Source of the DNA: Paraspadella gotoi | Taxonomy: Eukaryota; Animalia; Chaetognatha | Length of the DNA stretch: 64,000 bases | Direction of reading: 5' to 3' | Assembly: GCA_051294375.1 (NCBI GenBank) | Contig: CM119267.1 | Coordinates: 13,525,081-13,589,080, forward strand | In this document: piece after piece, positions 1-11,638 of the stretch | Layout: every line of letters starts with the position of its first letter | Position numbering within the stretch: position 1 is the stretch's first letter | Made by a program: the position numbers and the translations under genes | The notes under the pieces: model-generated | What the model was told of the DNA's origin: nothing | What the model saw: only the letters and a program-made list of their open reading frames with translations | The model's database searches: none

Positions 1-156
1 TTATGCATCATCCATAATCTATAAACAATTTCCTTTTGTTTGAGTCCATAACCATTAATCTATCTTTAATAGTTTATTTATAATTAATTTTATTTTTTTT
101 CAAATAATTTAAATTAAAAAAAATTATAACTATGCCAATTGATTGAAGAATAATTT

Positions 157-400
157 TATGAAATTGGTACAACCAATATAAAAATTATCCATTCATTTAA
201 TAAATAAGCTATCTTGTCCCTGACTTTGGACGGGCTTTGGTGGTTTAAGGCCTCCATCATTCTTACAAGATAATGACATAGCAGGTCCCTGCAAGCTTTC
301 AATCAAGACTCTTTCACAGTCTCGTTTATTCACTCCCAGAGTACCTGGCTTCTCTATCAATGAAGTGGAAAATAATTCAAAGAATGTTTCAATTGTATGA
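157..400. repeat. ~240-bp interspersed repeat family C; copies at 15746-15992, 19860-20090, 30246-30602 (split), 32770-32876 and 13420-13525 (inverted, partial), diverged relative at 62290-62465
   Basis: Near-identical copies starting TTATGAAATTGGTACAACCAATATA (terminal ATTGGT-aca-ACCAAT hairpin); class not determined. Confidence 0.8.
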
Positions 401-587
401 ATTATAAGGGACTTACCTACCTAATATAGGCCTTCAAATACATATTTTTTTTTTTTAGCATAAACATAATTTTTAATTAATTGTTCATGATGCTTTTAAT
501 AGCTACTGGTCAGTTGTATCCTTCTCAATTATAATAATTTTATAACTTCTTTTATTTTTAGTAATACTGACTGCTATATTTACTTAC

Positions 588-2227
588 TTTTGACAAAATC
601 CAAAAATTACTGGTATTAAAAATTATGTATGAAACAGACAAAAACTTTTTTTTTATCCACATGCTATTTAATTTTTTGAACTGATATAATATTATCCTTG
701 GACAAAATTTAAAAAGTTTTAAACAATCCCAACTAAACATTTTTAAGGTTGTCAAATGTATAAATATTTGATATTCGGACTGCTTTGTAGGTTTTAACTT
801 AATGCAGTAGCCTCTTTTAATATGACAGAAAAGAAGTATATTTAACAGTTTTTTATTCGGAGTGGGCATCAAAGTTCTAATACATATTAACATCAGTATA
901 TTTGTTAAGTATAGTAGATTCCTCTATAGATTTTTTAATTTTTGAAAACGTTTTACTCTTTTTCTATAATTTTTTTGACACGCAAAACGTTTTTTGGATT
1001 ACGCGAAAGAGAATGTAAAAAATTAAAAATAGATAGTACCATAGTTAGAGTTATGTCTAGAATAGATGAAAAAAAAAACCTTGTTTAAAAATTTGTTCGG
1101 GAAGTGGGGTAACTAAGGCTTACCAACGGTATCCTCCATGCTCGTCGTTCTCTCAAATAATTTTTTTTATTTAATACATTTGAAAAGGAAAAAAAGAAAA
1201 TTCAGAATGCAGGTGGCATAAAGGGTAGAGATAATCTGTACATAGTGACATGATAATAATGACCTTTTATGTTTTGCGTAATGGGGGCAGTAAAGAAACC
1301 TAAAAAATGCAATCATTAAGTCAGTCAATGAACCCTTTCCGCAAAATTTTTTTTCTTAATTAAAATGGATGATAAATAATAGAATTAAATTCCCTTTATA
1401 AAGGTTGTTATATTTAAAAGAAAATTAGCAATACAATTCAACACAATGATGTCTTGCTTTGTCAAATATGTCAGCAGTCAAGTAATTTTTTATAATTTTA
1501 TTATGATAAACAAGCAGTATATCAAGCTTTTTATTTGCAGTTGAAGATAATGAAAAATGATTATTTTTTTTTTTTTACAGACAAAAAGGTAGATGTCCAG
1601 ACTGTTTATATCAAGCTGAAAACATTTTTTTATTTATCATTTTTCATATTTAAAAAAACATTTTATCAAGCTACTACAAAATTTTTGCTTGTTTTTTACT
1701 TTAACTAAAAAATACAAGCAAATTTATACAGTACTACTGTAGAGAAAATTTAATGGTAATTAAAATGTAATTCAGACTTTCCTCTTTCAATTTACAAAAA
1801 AAAACAAAAAATTTTATATGCCTTCATTGAAATTTGTAATGCAAAAAACTGTTATACTTTTAACTTGTATTTAAATAAAAAGCTGTGTAAAGATTTAAGG
1901 ATAAAATCTAACAAAACTGTTCTACAAATGTATCCCATGATTAGGGCTTTAATTTGATACCACACCCACCTTGCTCCCTTTTTTTTTAAAAGATATTCAA
2001 GAAAATAACTTTTTTTATTACTTTTTTGCATCTTGCAGTTTTTTTTAAACAACCTTACTTTTGGCCTTAAAAATGTCTAGTTGGGATTGTTTAAAACTTT
2101 TTAAATTTTGTCCAAGGATAATATTTTATCACTCCACAAAATTAAATAGCATGTGATTTAAAAAAAGTTTTCGCCTGTTTCATACATAATTTTTAATATC
2201 AGTAATTTTTAGATTTTGTCAAAAGTA
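588..2227. mobile_element. Non-autonomous DNA element with ~165-bp inverted repeats (588-750 and 2064-2227); right end broken by family A
   Basis: TACTTTTGACAAAATC...ACAATCCCAACTAAACATTTTTAAGG versus CCTTAAAAATGTCTAGTTGGGATTGT...GATTTTGTCAAAAGTA. Confidence 0.7.
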
Positions 2228-2461
2228 TGGTGGACTAAAATCCACCAACCGTTCATCAGCAGCCATTGGTGCCGGAGGCAAGTCATTCGCCTCCCAACCC
2301 AAAGGTCCGGGGTTCTTGCCCGGTGGCCGCCTAGCAGTTAAGAGGGACGGGGAGCTTAACCCGCCTGTTACACAGTGTTACAGCCTGATCCGAAGCTCAG
2401 GGACTGCTTATATTGAACGGTTCTGTCACTAACATATAACAATAATTACTGTCTCTTCAAT
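2226..2461. mobile_element. ~235-bp repeat family A: terminal hairpin plus subTIRs enclosing a 72-nt tRNA-Gly(CCC)-like module; copies at 47473-47690, 48294-48514 and an end fragment at 11416-11451
   Basis: GGTGGA-ctaaaa-TCCACC hairpin at 2229-2246; AACCGTTCA (2247) and TGAACGGTT (2414); tRNA-like 2259-2330. Confidence 0.8.
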
Positions 2462-3154
2462 ATCAACTTTTCATGACGAATCCAAATCTGCAAAAAAAAA
2501 TCTTACAAAAGACTATTTTGAAATTTTAAAATTTATAGGATTAGTACTATATATAAATATGGCCCTACTGCATAAATTGTAAAATTTATAACTCACAGAT
2601 ATTAAGTTTGTCTGACACTTTTATTTTAATCGGGTTAATTTCATTGTGAAGACAATGTGTTTTGGGCTGGCTTCGTTTTGATAATTTTTTAGTCTCCCAG
2701 GTGAGACTTTTTCCTTGGTAAAAATCCAGGCTGAAGCGTTAAAAAGTTCCTTTTTTTTATTCATCGGGTTGTTTTTAGATCAGATTCAGAAGGATGGAGT
2801 GTTCTCGTCGGGCTCACCAGTTATGTAGCGGACATAATGAGATAAAAAAAGAGTGAAAAACGAGATACACGGCAGCCGCTAAGAAGGGGTAGCCAGTTTC
2901 CTTCGCGAATACTGAACAGTAGAGTGACGTGAAAATAATACAATTTTAATATAAAACATGAAAATAAAAACCAATAAAAATACTTTCGTAAATTTATTTT
3001 TTAATTTTATACTTTGATGGGCACCAGTGAACTATATTTATATAAAGTATATAATAGGCTAAAATTTCTAATTTCAAATTCTTAAATTTTAGAATCGGAT
3101 TTGGATTCTTTACAAAAAGTTAACATAAGAAAGTATAATTCTTTTTTATTACAA

Positions 3155-4165
3155 AATAGAAGAGTTTGTTTTCAAGAGGTATTAGAGAGGAAATCTATAT
3201 CAAAGCCCTCGAGCCCTCCTTGAATCGTGATGGAGGACGATTCGATCTCTCTCCAAGCTATGATTCGCTTATTAAAAGCGTGGTAGAGGCCCCGCCACCA
3301 CCACGTCCGCACAATGATTCCCGTCTCCACTCAACGAGACAGGCGGAGACCCTCAGTCAACCGATGGGCAACCGATCCCTCAAACTCGCCTGCAGCAACT
3401 CAGCCCCTATCTTTGGGAACTGAACGTCCCTCCAAGCACCGGCTGCAGGACGAGGAGTCAACCCTTCTTAATGCAAAGAAAGCAAAGGCTGATAACCGCC
3501 CACCGCGCCGCCAGGCGAGAAGAGGACAGCTGGCAGGCGTAACAGGCCAAAGGGACATTTGAGTAGCACTGGGTATCTTTCCGCAAGGCAGCTTACCTGA
3601 CCCTTCAATAACAAACTCGACTTCACTGTCCTCGCAGCCACTGACGCGCCAATGACCCGCACAGATCGGCACTGCCCCTCCTTCACGCGACCGAGGGGGG
3701 CCAGCTCTTATATTTCACTAATTCGTCTCTTTTGCTTTCCCTCACCTTCTCAATTTTACTATTTCATTATTTCACTCTATCTTAGTTAAGCATTATTTCT
3801 AAAACTGTGTTTCTGATTATTTATTTAATATTTATTTTACATTGTTATTAATCTTATTCACATTTCAAGTTTAACAAAAAAGTTTTCATTACTTATACAT
3901 TATACAAATTTATTAGGTAAAATTTCTTCAAATTTTCACATTTCACTTCTTTTTACAATTTTATTCACTCTATTCTTTACTGAACCTGCCCTCACCTCTG
4001 ATCACTGTCCTTTCCCTCAATTCTTTGTTGGCCACTTTAACTCTCTCTCTCTCCCTTCTTTAAAAAAGTGTTTGACAAATTTGTTAAATCAATTTCTCCT
4101 TTGCGCTGATGAAGACTCGAATATAGAGTCGACACTGTTCGTGAATATTAATAAAACTCGTATAA
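3155..4165 (+). mobile_element. 5'-truncated Penelope-like retroelement: GIY-YIG C-terminus, 3' region and pLTR with degenerate hammerhead
   Basis: FSRGIREEIYIKALEPSLNRDGGRFDLSPSYDSLI matches the C-terminal end of PLE GIY-YIG endonucleases (RGxxEAIxI...PSLNRDGG). Hammerhead-like CTGATGA-AGACTC-loop-GAGTC-GACAC at 4106-4135. Confidence 0.85.
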
Positions 4166-4559
4166 AAAAAAAAAATTTAATTTGTAACAAAAATTCGATA
4201 AAACAATGAATAAAAGGAAATTTACCCAATTCTTTTTTAAGTCATGAACAGTCATGAACAAAATCTTCAGTTAAATAGATGGTAAAGAAATTTGAGCAAC
4301 AATGAATCTATACTGAATTTGAAGAGTTGCAGCCTAAACGACTGCAATAATATTGATTTAAAAATTTGATTAGCAATCTTAAAAACATATGTAAAAATGT
4401 ATAATTTCAGGGGGTAAGTAAAGTGATTTACAACCACTTAAAGTTAAATAGATACATAAAATAATATACTGATATAATTTTTTTTAATAGTACGAATAAG
4501 AAAAAAAGAAAAAAATAAAAAAAAACCCGTAGGTTAGAAAGAATTAAATTAATCCACCC

Positions 4560-4793
4560 AGAAAAAAAAGTACAAAAAATTCCACGAAAAATATTAATAC
4601 TATTGCGCCATTGTACCTCTTCGTTGCTGGCCAAAAAAAAGAGATCCATGTTCTCAAAAGAAAAGTTACTTGGGGTAGATTCGAAAGTCGATGACTCCTC
4701 ATCAAAGGTTTCGCGTAAAAGCTCAACTTCGTTTTTGGATAGAAAGGTTCCATCTTCTTGTGCCATAAAATATTCTTCGCACATTTTATTACT
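4560..4793 (-). CDS. Possible isolated coding exon, unknown product
   Basis: Acidic open frame MCEEYFMAQEDGTFLSKNEVELLRETFDEE... after a TTTTTTGGAATAG acceptor-like site; no recognisable motif. Confidence 0.25.
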
Positions 4794-7700
4794 CTATTCC
4801 AAAAAAGACAGGTATCATTCTGACCACTTAAATGAATCTCTTCATTAACATTATTGAAAACGCAATTTAATCAAAAAAATCAAATAAAAAAAAGTGTAGA
4901 AGGTAATATTTTAAAAAATTAATGTCAATATTTTCCAAAGGCATTCTGAAAGGTTTGAAGAAAAAAAAGTTGAAAAAAAAAACCCCTGAAACCGCGGGAC
5001 TAAGAAAAATCAAGACAAAGAATAGAGGGTCCGGAATCAAAACTTATAATTCTATTTAAATAGCAAAAAACCTTTTTTTAAATATTATTAACCTAAATTA
5101 GAAAATAAGTTCACAGTGAGCCATAAGAGTTAAGGTGTCAGTATCCCTTTGCGCCCAAATCAACAAAAGATGAATGAAGTGGTCACAATCAGAAGTGATA
5201 ATATTTACTCATGTGGGATTTAAAGGATATGCTTTTGGACTGATAAAATAGGTAGGATATTATAGAAAAATTAGGCAATATGCTTATCAAACAATATGTC
5301 TATGACCCCACGCAGCATTATGACACAATGGCAATGCAAAGAAAGCTTAGCTTTATGGGAAAAACTGCTTATATAAAAATGTAGATATGTCGCTCCGCGC
5401 TTAAAAAAAAATCCGAAAGAACGAAGCGGTTTCTGATAATTTTGGTTCCTTGCAATTTTTGCACCAGTAGCGCAGTAAATATTACAAAACCATGGATGAT
5501 TTCTGAAACTGCAGTGTTTGGGCTATCCAACTCCGCCGGAACAAAGAAAATCCATAAAGGTCTTGACTAAAAATACTGAAAATAAATAAGACGCTTAGTC
5601 TGAATTCTTTTTAAATTTTTTTTATTTTGCGGTATTTACTGTATAAGTCAAATAAATATACAGCGGTCATGCACTGATTCCGATTCTGTTGGGTTTAGCC
5701 TAACTTTCAAGCACATAACGAAAAAAATAAATTGACGTCATAGTAAGAAATAATAGCAATTAATCAAAATTTTTTTTCTCAAAATTTGTTGTCATTTTTG
5801 TTTCTTACTGTTTTTGCCAAACATGCCCTTTAAAATTATAAAAATAAAGATTAGCTAATGAAACTACAATGTCTTAGGTACATTTCGATGCCGGAACAAA
5901 GAAAATTCATTGATATCATAGTATCAATATGGAGCCTTGAAATAACTCATTTTCTTTGCAATTTACCCCTTTATTGATAAAAGCCTAGTATTATAATAAA
6001 AAATAAAAACAACAATTTTACCATACAGCTACATGCATTAGCGTGTTATTAAAAGATTTTAGTGCTTTTTTTAATAAAAAATTGTTATATCAATATAGCT
6101 AATGGGCATTATGCAAAGGTTTTAATTTGCACCTGAAGATGACAAAAATTTAAAAATCTGATTATATAGTCTTTTAGCCTTATGTCAGTAGTTTTTAAAT
6201 CAGCCGGAACAAAGTTTGAACTCTTAAATTTTCATATTTAAATCATATGTTTTTTAAGATTCCTACATGAATTTTTAAAATCTTTTTGTTTTCAACAAAA
6301 TGATAATTCATTATCCTTAGTAATTATATAAACATTTGAAGTATAGAAAATTTTTGTTTATATCAGAAACATAATTCAATGTTTTCTCTTTCAGAATCTA
6401 TATTTATTTATTTTTTTAAATACAGCCAAGTGTGTTTAATTTAATTTCAAAAGTTGTTATACCTTTGACTAAGATTCCGATCCAGATTTTAAAAAAATCC
6501 GCTGAAATATTTGAGAAAAATTATATGGAGAAGATGCCCCATAATTATGGCTTTAATATGATACCAGTCTCATCGTTCTATCATTTTTGGTTCAAAAGAT
6601 ATCAAAGAAAATCAATTTTTTTATTACCAATTAAGTCACTCGGCCAAAGCTAAAAATTTAAGTGGAACCAAAAAGAAAATTTAACGAACGCAGATTTGTT
6701 TGAAAAATTGGGCGTGGAAAATGACCATTTTTTGTAGATTATTTTTCAACGCGTGGGTCGATTAATTTGAAATGTTACATTAACAATATTGACTTCATTT
6801 CCTATCAGTAAATGTAAAAATATTTAAAATAACATTATGAACGACCTTGCCTATCTAAAAAATGAATATTTTGAGGTAACAAAATATTATTATGATAATG
6901 AAATATTTTCTGTCACAGGGCAAAATTAATTTATCATGTTGACAGCTATTACTATACCAAACATTATCATAATATCAACGAAGGAAGTAGGCGTGGTTTA
7001 TTAAGTGAGAAATAGGAGGAGTTTTATTGACATAAGAACACGTTGGGATGATGATAATTAACATACAAAATATGTAGATTATGCAGAGAAAAGGCAGGCA
7101 ATAAACAATATAACAAATAGTCCATAAGGAGTTTGATGTTTGTTTCTTGAAGGTAAGTTGAAGAGTGATCTAGTTCCCTCTCTCGTTTCTCTGCCTTCGG
7201 TTTCCTGAGGAAAGCCTGCCCTCTGATTGGTCAATCAGAAGAAAAGACGGAGAAGCCAAGAGAGACAAGCCACTTGATAATCCATTCTCTGCGTTGATAT
7301 CATAGAGCTTGGGCTAATGAAATGATTTAAAGTTGGGTCATTATAAAATAAGTGCTGAAGCCAATTGATATGAACTTAAGTATCATATAATGTCTTGGGT
7401 GATGGTGAACACTATTCACTGAACAGTCCTCATGATGGTAACCTATGCTCAAAAAATGATATACTGCCTCATACTGTAATACAGCTACAGCATTTTAGTA
7501 GGAAGTAAAAATTTTATTTGTGGCGATAAGACTTTTAACCCTTAAAGCAGATTGCCCCCAGGTCCTATTAAACCATAGTTAAATTGTGAAGATATTTTTA
7601 CAAAAGACGTGCATACTTTTCCCCCCTTCTGGAGAGGCCGTAAAAGCTCGGAATGCGTAGTACGTCGAGAATAAGACTTCTCTGTTTGGTTTATATTTGA

Positions 7701-8022
7701 TATAAATGTATTGTTATCCTTCAAACGGTTTAGGAGATATAAAAATTTTACTATCTATACAAATAAACGCATAAGTTTTGCTTCCGAATCCTGTAGAGAA
7801 GTTTCGTTACTTGTATGTTCGCGTTTTTACACGATTTAACAAAAATATAAATACTTAATAATTATCTTTTTAATAATTAATAACAGGGCACCAATAAAAA
7901 TTCAAACGTTCTAACCATAACGAGATGGTATGTTTTTGAAAAATATTAACTTTAATGTGTTTCGATTAATTCGAACAGTTTTGTACAATTTTGTACGCAA
8001 TAAACCTAAAAATAGGGAAAAA

Positions 8023-9151
8023 CTAACACTTGATTCCAGCGTCTTTGGCCAATTTGATCATTTCCTCTTTACTCGCTTTGATTTTTTTCTGTTCTGCTTC
8101 GCAATCAAGAATAGCCTGTAATATAAGAGGACAAGTTTAACCCCAATTTAACTGAGTCACAAACATTATGTCCGTATTTTTTATGAACCTCCTACCATGT
8201 TTCCCGCAAGTTGGTGAGCGCTAATAAGAGCATGAATATTGCAAAGGGAATAAAAGCAATAACATGACTTAAATACTTAAGATTTAGAACTATAACTTAC
8301 CAATTTCACACATTTTTCATGCTAGTTGTACCCTATGTCATAATTTCAACACTCATCTTGTCGAAAATCACTTGACCTTTTTTTTAAATTGCTCAAATTA
8401 AGCAACAGTGAGTTCCGGGTTCAATCCCCTCACGGTCACGCTGGTTAAAGTGTGATGTTGTCGGCATAAATACGCCAGTGTTTTTTAATTAATTTAATTA
8501 AAAAAATTGAATAAATGTAAGATAGATTAAATGGTAGAAAATGAGAGAAAACGAGGGGAAGATAAAAAGCAGTTTTGCAATGGTAAAATGATTACATGCG
8601 CGATTGCAACGATTAACCTCATAATTTCGATTCTGATAACTTTTTTAGGAGGAAGAGAAAAAGAGAGAAGTCCAATCTCTGCAGAGCTAAACTCGTTTTT
8701 AGGCGAATCAGAGATTGTGACTGAAAAAGAAAGTATGAAAAATGTCATTTTAAAAGATCTTGATGATGATAAGCTATATATAATTTTTTAACTTCTAACA
8801 AATACAAATACACACTTTTCACAATTTCCAATTTTCGTCACTAAGAGTAAGAAGCAATAGTAAACCAAAATCTCACCCAAGGCGGGCGAGATAAAAAAAA
8901 AGAGTTTTTACGTCATCTAAACCCTCAAAGATAAAAAAGTCCACTGCCCGAAATCGACAAACCTGACGAGCCAAGTAACTTTCTCTCTCGCATTTTGCGG
9001 CATCCGCCAAGAAATTATGCCTTGTCCAGCCGTAGTAAATCCCATAGAACAAAGCCGTCCATCGCGAAAGCTTGATAAGTGGGTTAACCTTGATGGGAGC
9101 ACTCCACATTGGAATGTAGGGTTTCGCTGGGTCCTTCAGTAGACTTGCCAT
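8023..9151 (-). CDS. ATP5ME: Mitochondrial ATP synthase subunit e, 2 exons (9151-8963, 8115-8023), 93 aa
   Basis: Exon 1 has SAPIKVNPLIKLSRWTALFYGIYYGWTRHNFL, matching the subunit e motif (human VPPVQVSPLIKLGRYSALFLGVAYGATRYNYL). Donor CAG|GTTTGT at 8963/8962 and acceptor TTACAG|GCT at 8116/8115 are both phase 0. Exon 2 reads AILDCEAEQKKIKASKEEMIKLAKDAGIKC*, a charged coiled-coil tail. Confidence 0.93.
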
Positions 9152-9423
9152 GTCACACAATTTAAAAAGATTGTTATTTTAGAAACTCGACTGAAAATAA
9201 ACTAAAAAATCTTAAAAGCATAAGGTTTCGTCGCAATTGTATAAAAAAAAATATGGACCCATGACAAACTTTGACACTCAAAAAATCTAATTTGATAAAG
9301 GAAAACTATGTTTTATATATAAATCAATTAAAAGAGAGAGAAAGAGAGATGCCAAATCGTTTTCGGACGAATCAGCAGCGGCAGCAGCAGAGGCAGTCAG
9401 AAAAAAAGAAAGAAATCAAAAGG

Positions 9424-10023
9424 TAGACCCAATCTTTGTCAATGGGGTGGGTCAGAAATTTGATTCGGGAACCTTCCCAAATGAAACTTCATACATTTCT
9501 GAGAAAACTTTCAATGGACCAAAACTTTTTAAAATGGTTAGAACCATTAGTAATTAATTTTTTAATATTTATTTATAGATGGGAAATGTCAAAAAATTTT
9601 TTTGGCATTTTGTATTTTTAAAAGCAGATTCAGATAGCTTATAAAAAGTTGTCTGCACAAAGTATAATTCTTTTTTCAATATTTTGATGATAAGTCGGTC
9701 AAAATTGGGAAAAACCTGAAAAAATCATCATCATCCAATAATTTTAGTAGTTTTTGCTCATTTTAGTGACAAAACATCAAAATTTTAAAAAGTTGTAATT
9801 ATATTTTTTGCCTAACTTTTTGAGCTCTATCAGAATCAATTAAAAAAACTTAAAATATAAAAAAAATTTTTACATTATATAGCAAAATAATAATTTTAAT
9901 TAGCGAATTACTCATGGTTCGGAACATTTTTGCAAAAAAATATTTTAACACAATAACTAATACCAATAATGGATTCGTTTAAAATTGTTCCCATTAAAAT
10001 TTGAATTTGGTCGGCTACAGCTA
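9424..10023 (+). mobile_element. ~600-bp non-autonomous DNA element family D (TAG...CTA ends, 7-bp TSD CAAAAGG)
   Basis: CAAAAGG at 9417-9423 and 10024-10030; empty-site paralogue AAGAAATCAAAAGGCAGCAGCAGAAGCAG at 49682-49710. Confidence 0.85.
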
Positions 10024-11465
10024 CAAAAGGCAACAGCAGAAGCAGCAGGAGAAAAGAGAGAAAATACTCTTTTTTTCCCGATGAATCAGCCTGGGGCTAA
10101 GAGAGAGAGCTACATATAATTAAAAGAGAGAGAGAAGGAGATATAAAAATAAAAGAAATTTGTTTGTTTTGATAAAACGTAAACAAAACATATTTAATAA
10201 CTGTCCTCACCCAATTTCAAGGACCTCGATGATGAGAAGCTGTATATAAATTTTCAGCTTCATAAACCCAAATTTAATCATAAAAAAGGCGATCGATAAG
10301 TTGGAACGTCGACGACGACGACGCCTACGCCACTTATGCGCAAAAGCGTTACTAGATTGTCGCAAACGCAAACCGACTGCGACGATGAAAACAATTAAAC
10401 CAGTGGCTGCGCCAATACATGTAAATCGCTTTCAAGGGCTTGAACTGAACTATTGCTGCAGCACTAATAATATTCTTTTCAACTTGCATCATTCTTTTCA
10501 ACCTCCATCATTCTTTTCAACCTCCATCATTCATTTCAACCTCCATATTTTCATTTTTCACTAAAAAAAATTAAGATAAAAAATATACGATATAATATTG
10601 AATTATATAGATTTTCTGTCTAAAAATAAGGTTGATTAAAAAATTTTTGGATAAAAGCAGGTGCAAATTGCATCCACTGCAATGGAAGATCTTACTGAAT
10701 GCTATTTTGTTTGGGGAGCCCTCTAGTATAAAAAGCTTAAAATAAAAAAAAATTATTTGAAAGTGAATTATAGAGTCGGGATCTGCTGATAAGCAGATCC
10801 AACAAAAAAATGACGGACGAAAAAAAAAGTTTGAGCAAACTATGCCGGATTTGCCCTCGATCATTAGCGGTAAGCAGCTGATCAGATAATAATTAATTAA
10901 TTAATATTATTTTTTTTAATTTGTGTCAAAATCGTTTTCCACTTTGTCTCGCCTCTCAATCACAAAACAACAATCTCGATCGCAAAATTAATTAATTACA
11001 AATAATCAATTAATTACTTATTTATTAATAATTAATTAATGCAGCTTGAATTTACATTTAATATAAAAATAAGATAAGCATAATCAAATAGTGAAATAGA
11101 TTGTTTATTTTTTCTATTTTAACTCATTTCAATCACATACTTTCCTACCGACGTACAAAATTTAAAGTCAATCGCCCCATTCATTCATGAGTAATTAGCG
11201 TTCAAATAGTGAAATATATTTTTTGTCTTTTTTCCATTTTAACTCATTTCCATTCAGACGATTCCATCGAAACTTGATTTCCAGCTCAATCACACACTTT
11301 CCTACCCTCACACAAAATTTCATTCTATCAAATCACGAGTAATTGGTGTTTTTTGCTAAGGTGGGACGGACGGACATCATTTGTTTTGCATAATTTATTT
11401 TTATTATGTATATACTATGGTGGACTAAAATCCACCAACCGTTCATCAGCGTTGTTTTTTGAGGT

Positions 11466-11638
11466 ATTAGGAAAAAACAGTTTTGTTTGACAACGATTTA
11501 TTTCACAGTTTAGTCAGACATGTTTCGCTCTTTCACTTAGAGCCTTAGCACTGATGAAGGCTCTAAGTGAAAGAGCCGAAACATGTCTGACTAAACTGTC
11601 AAATAAATCGTTGTCAAACAAAACTGTTTTTTCCTAAT
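11466..11638. repeat. Near-perfect ~81-bp-arm fold-back made of two head-to-head PLE pLTR ends
   Basis: ATTAGGAAAAAACAG...AGAGCCTT (11466-11546) versus AAGGCTCT...CTGTTTTTTCCTAAT (11557-11638), 10-nt spacer. Confidence 0.9.
11551..11587 (+). ncRNA. Minimal type I hammerhead ribozyme (PLE-type)
   Basis: CTGATGA-A-GGCTC-taagtgaaa-GAGCC-GAAAC-ATGTC: intact core, 5-bp stem II, palindromic ACATGT helix III, GUC site; stem I is weak. Confidence 0.75.

Noticed and set aside
2259-2330. Functional tRNA-Gly(CCC) gene
   Set aside because: Anticodon stem does not pair, T-loop is non-canonical, and it is embedded in a dispersed repeat.
3314-3686. GC-rich ORFs here and at 28243-28659 and 52078-52432
   Set aside because: PLE 3' region; frames are not conserved between the three copies.
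5530-6215. GCCGGAACAAAG repeated three times at roughly 330-bp spacing
   Set aside because: Probably subterminal motifs of a decayed DNA transposon; ends and transposase not identifiable.
8873-8962. ORF-track C-terminus of ATP synthase e (VCRFRAVDFF...)
   Set aside because: Intron read-through; a phase-compatible exon 2 exists at 8115-8023.
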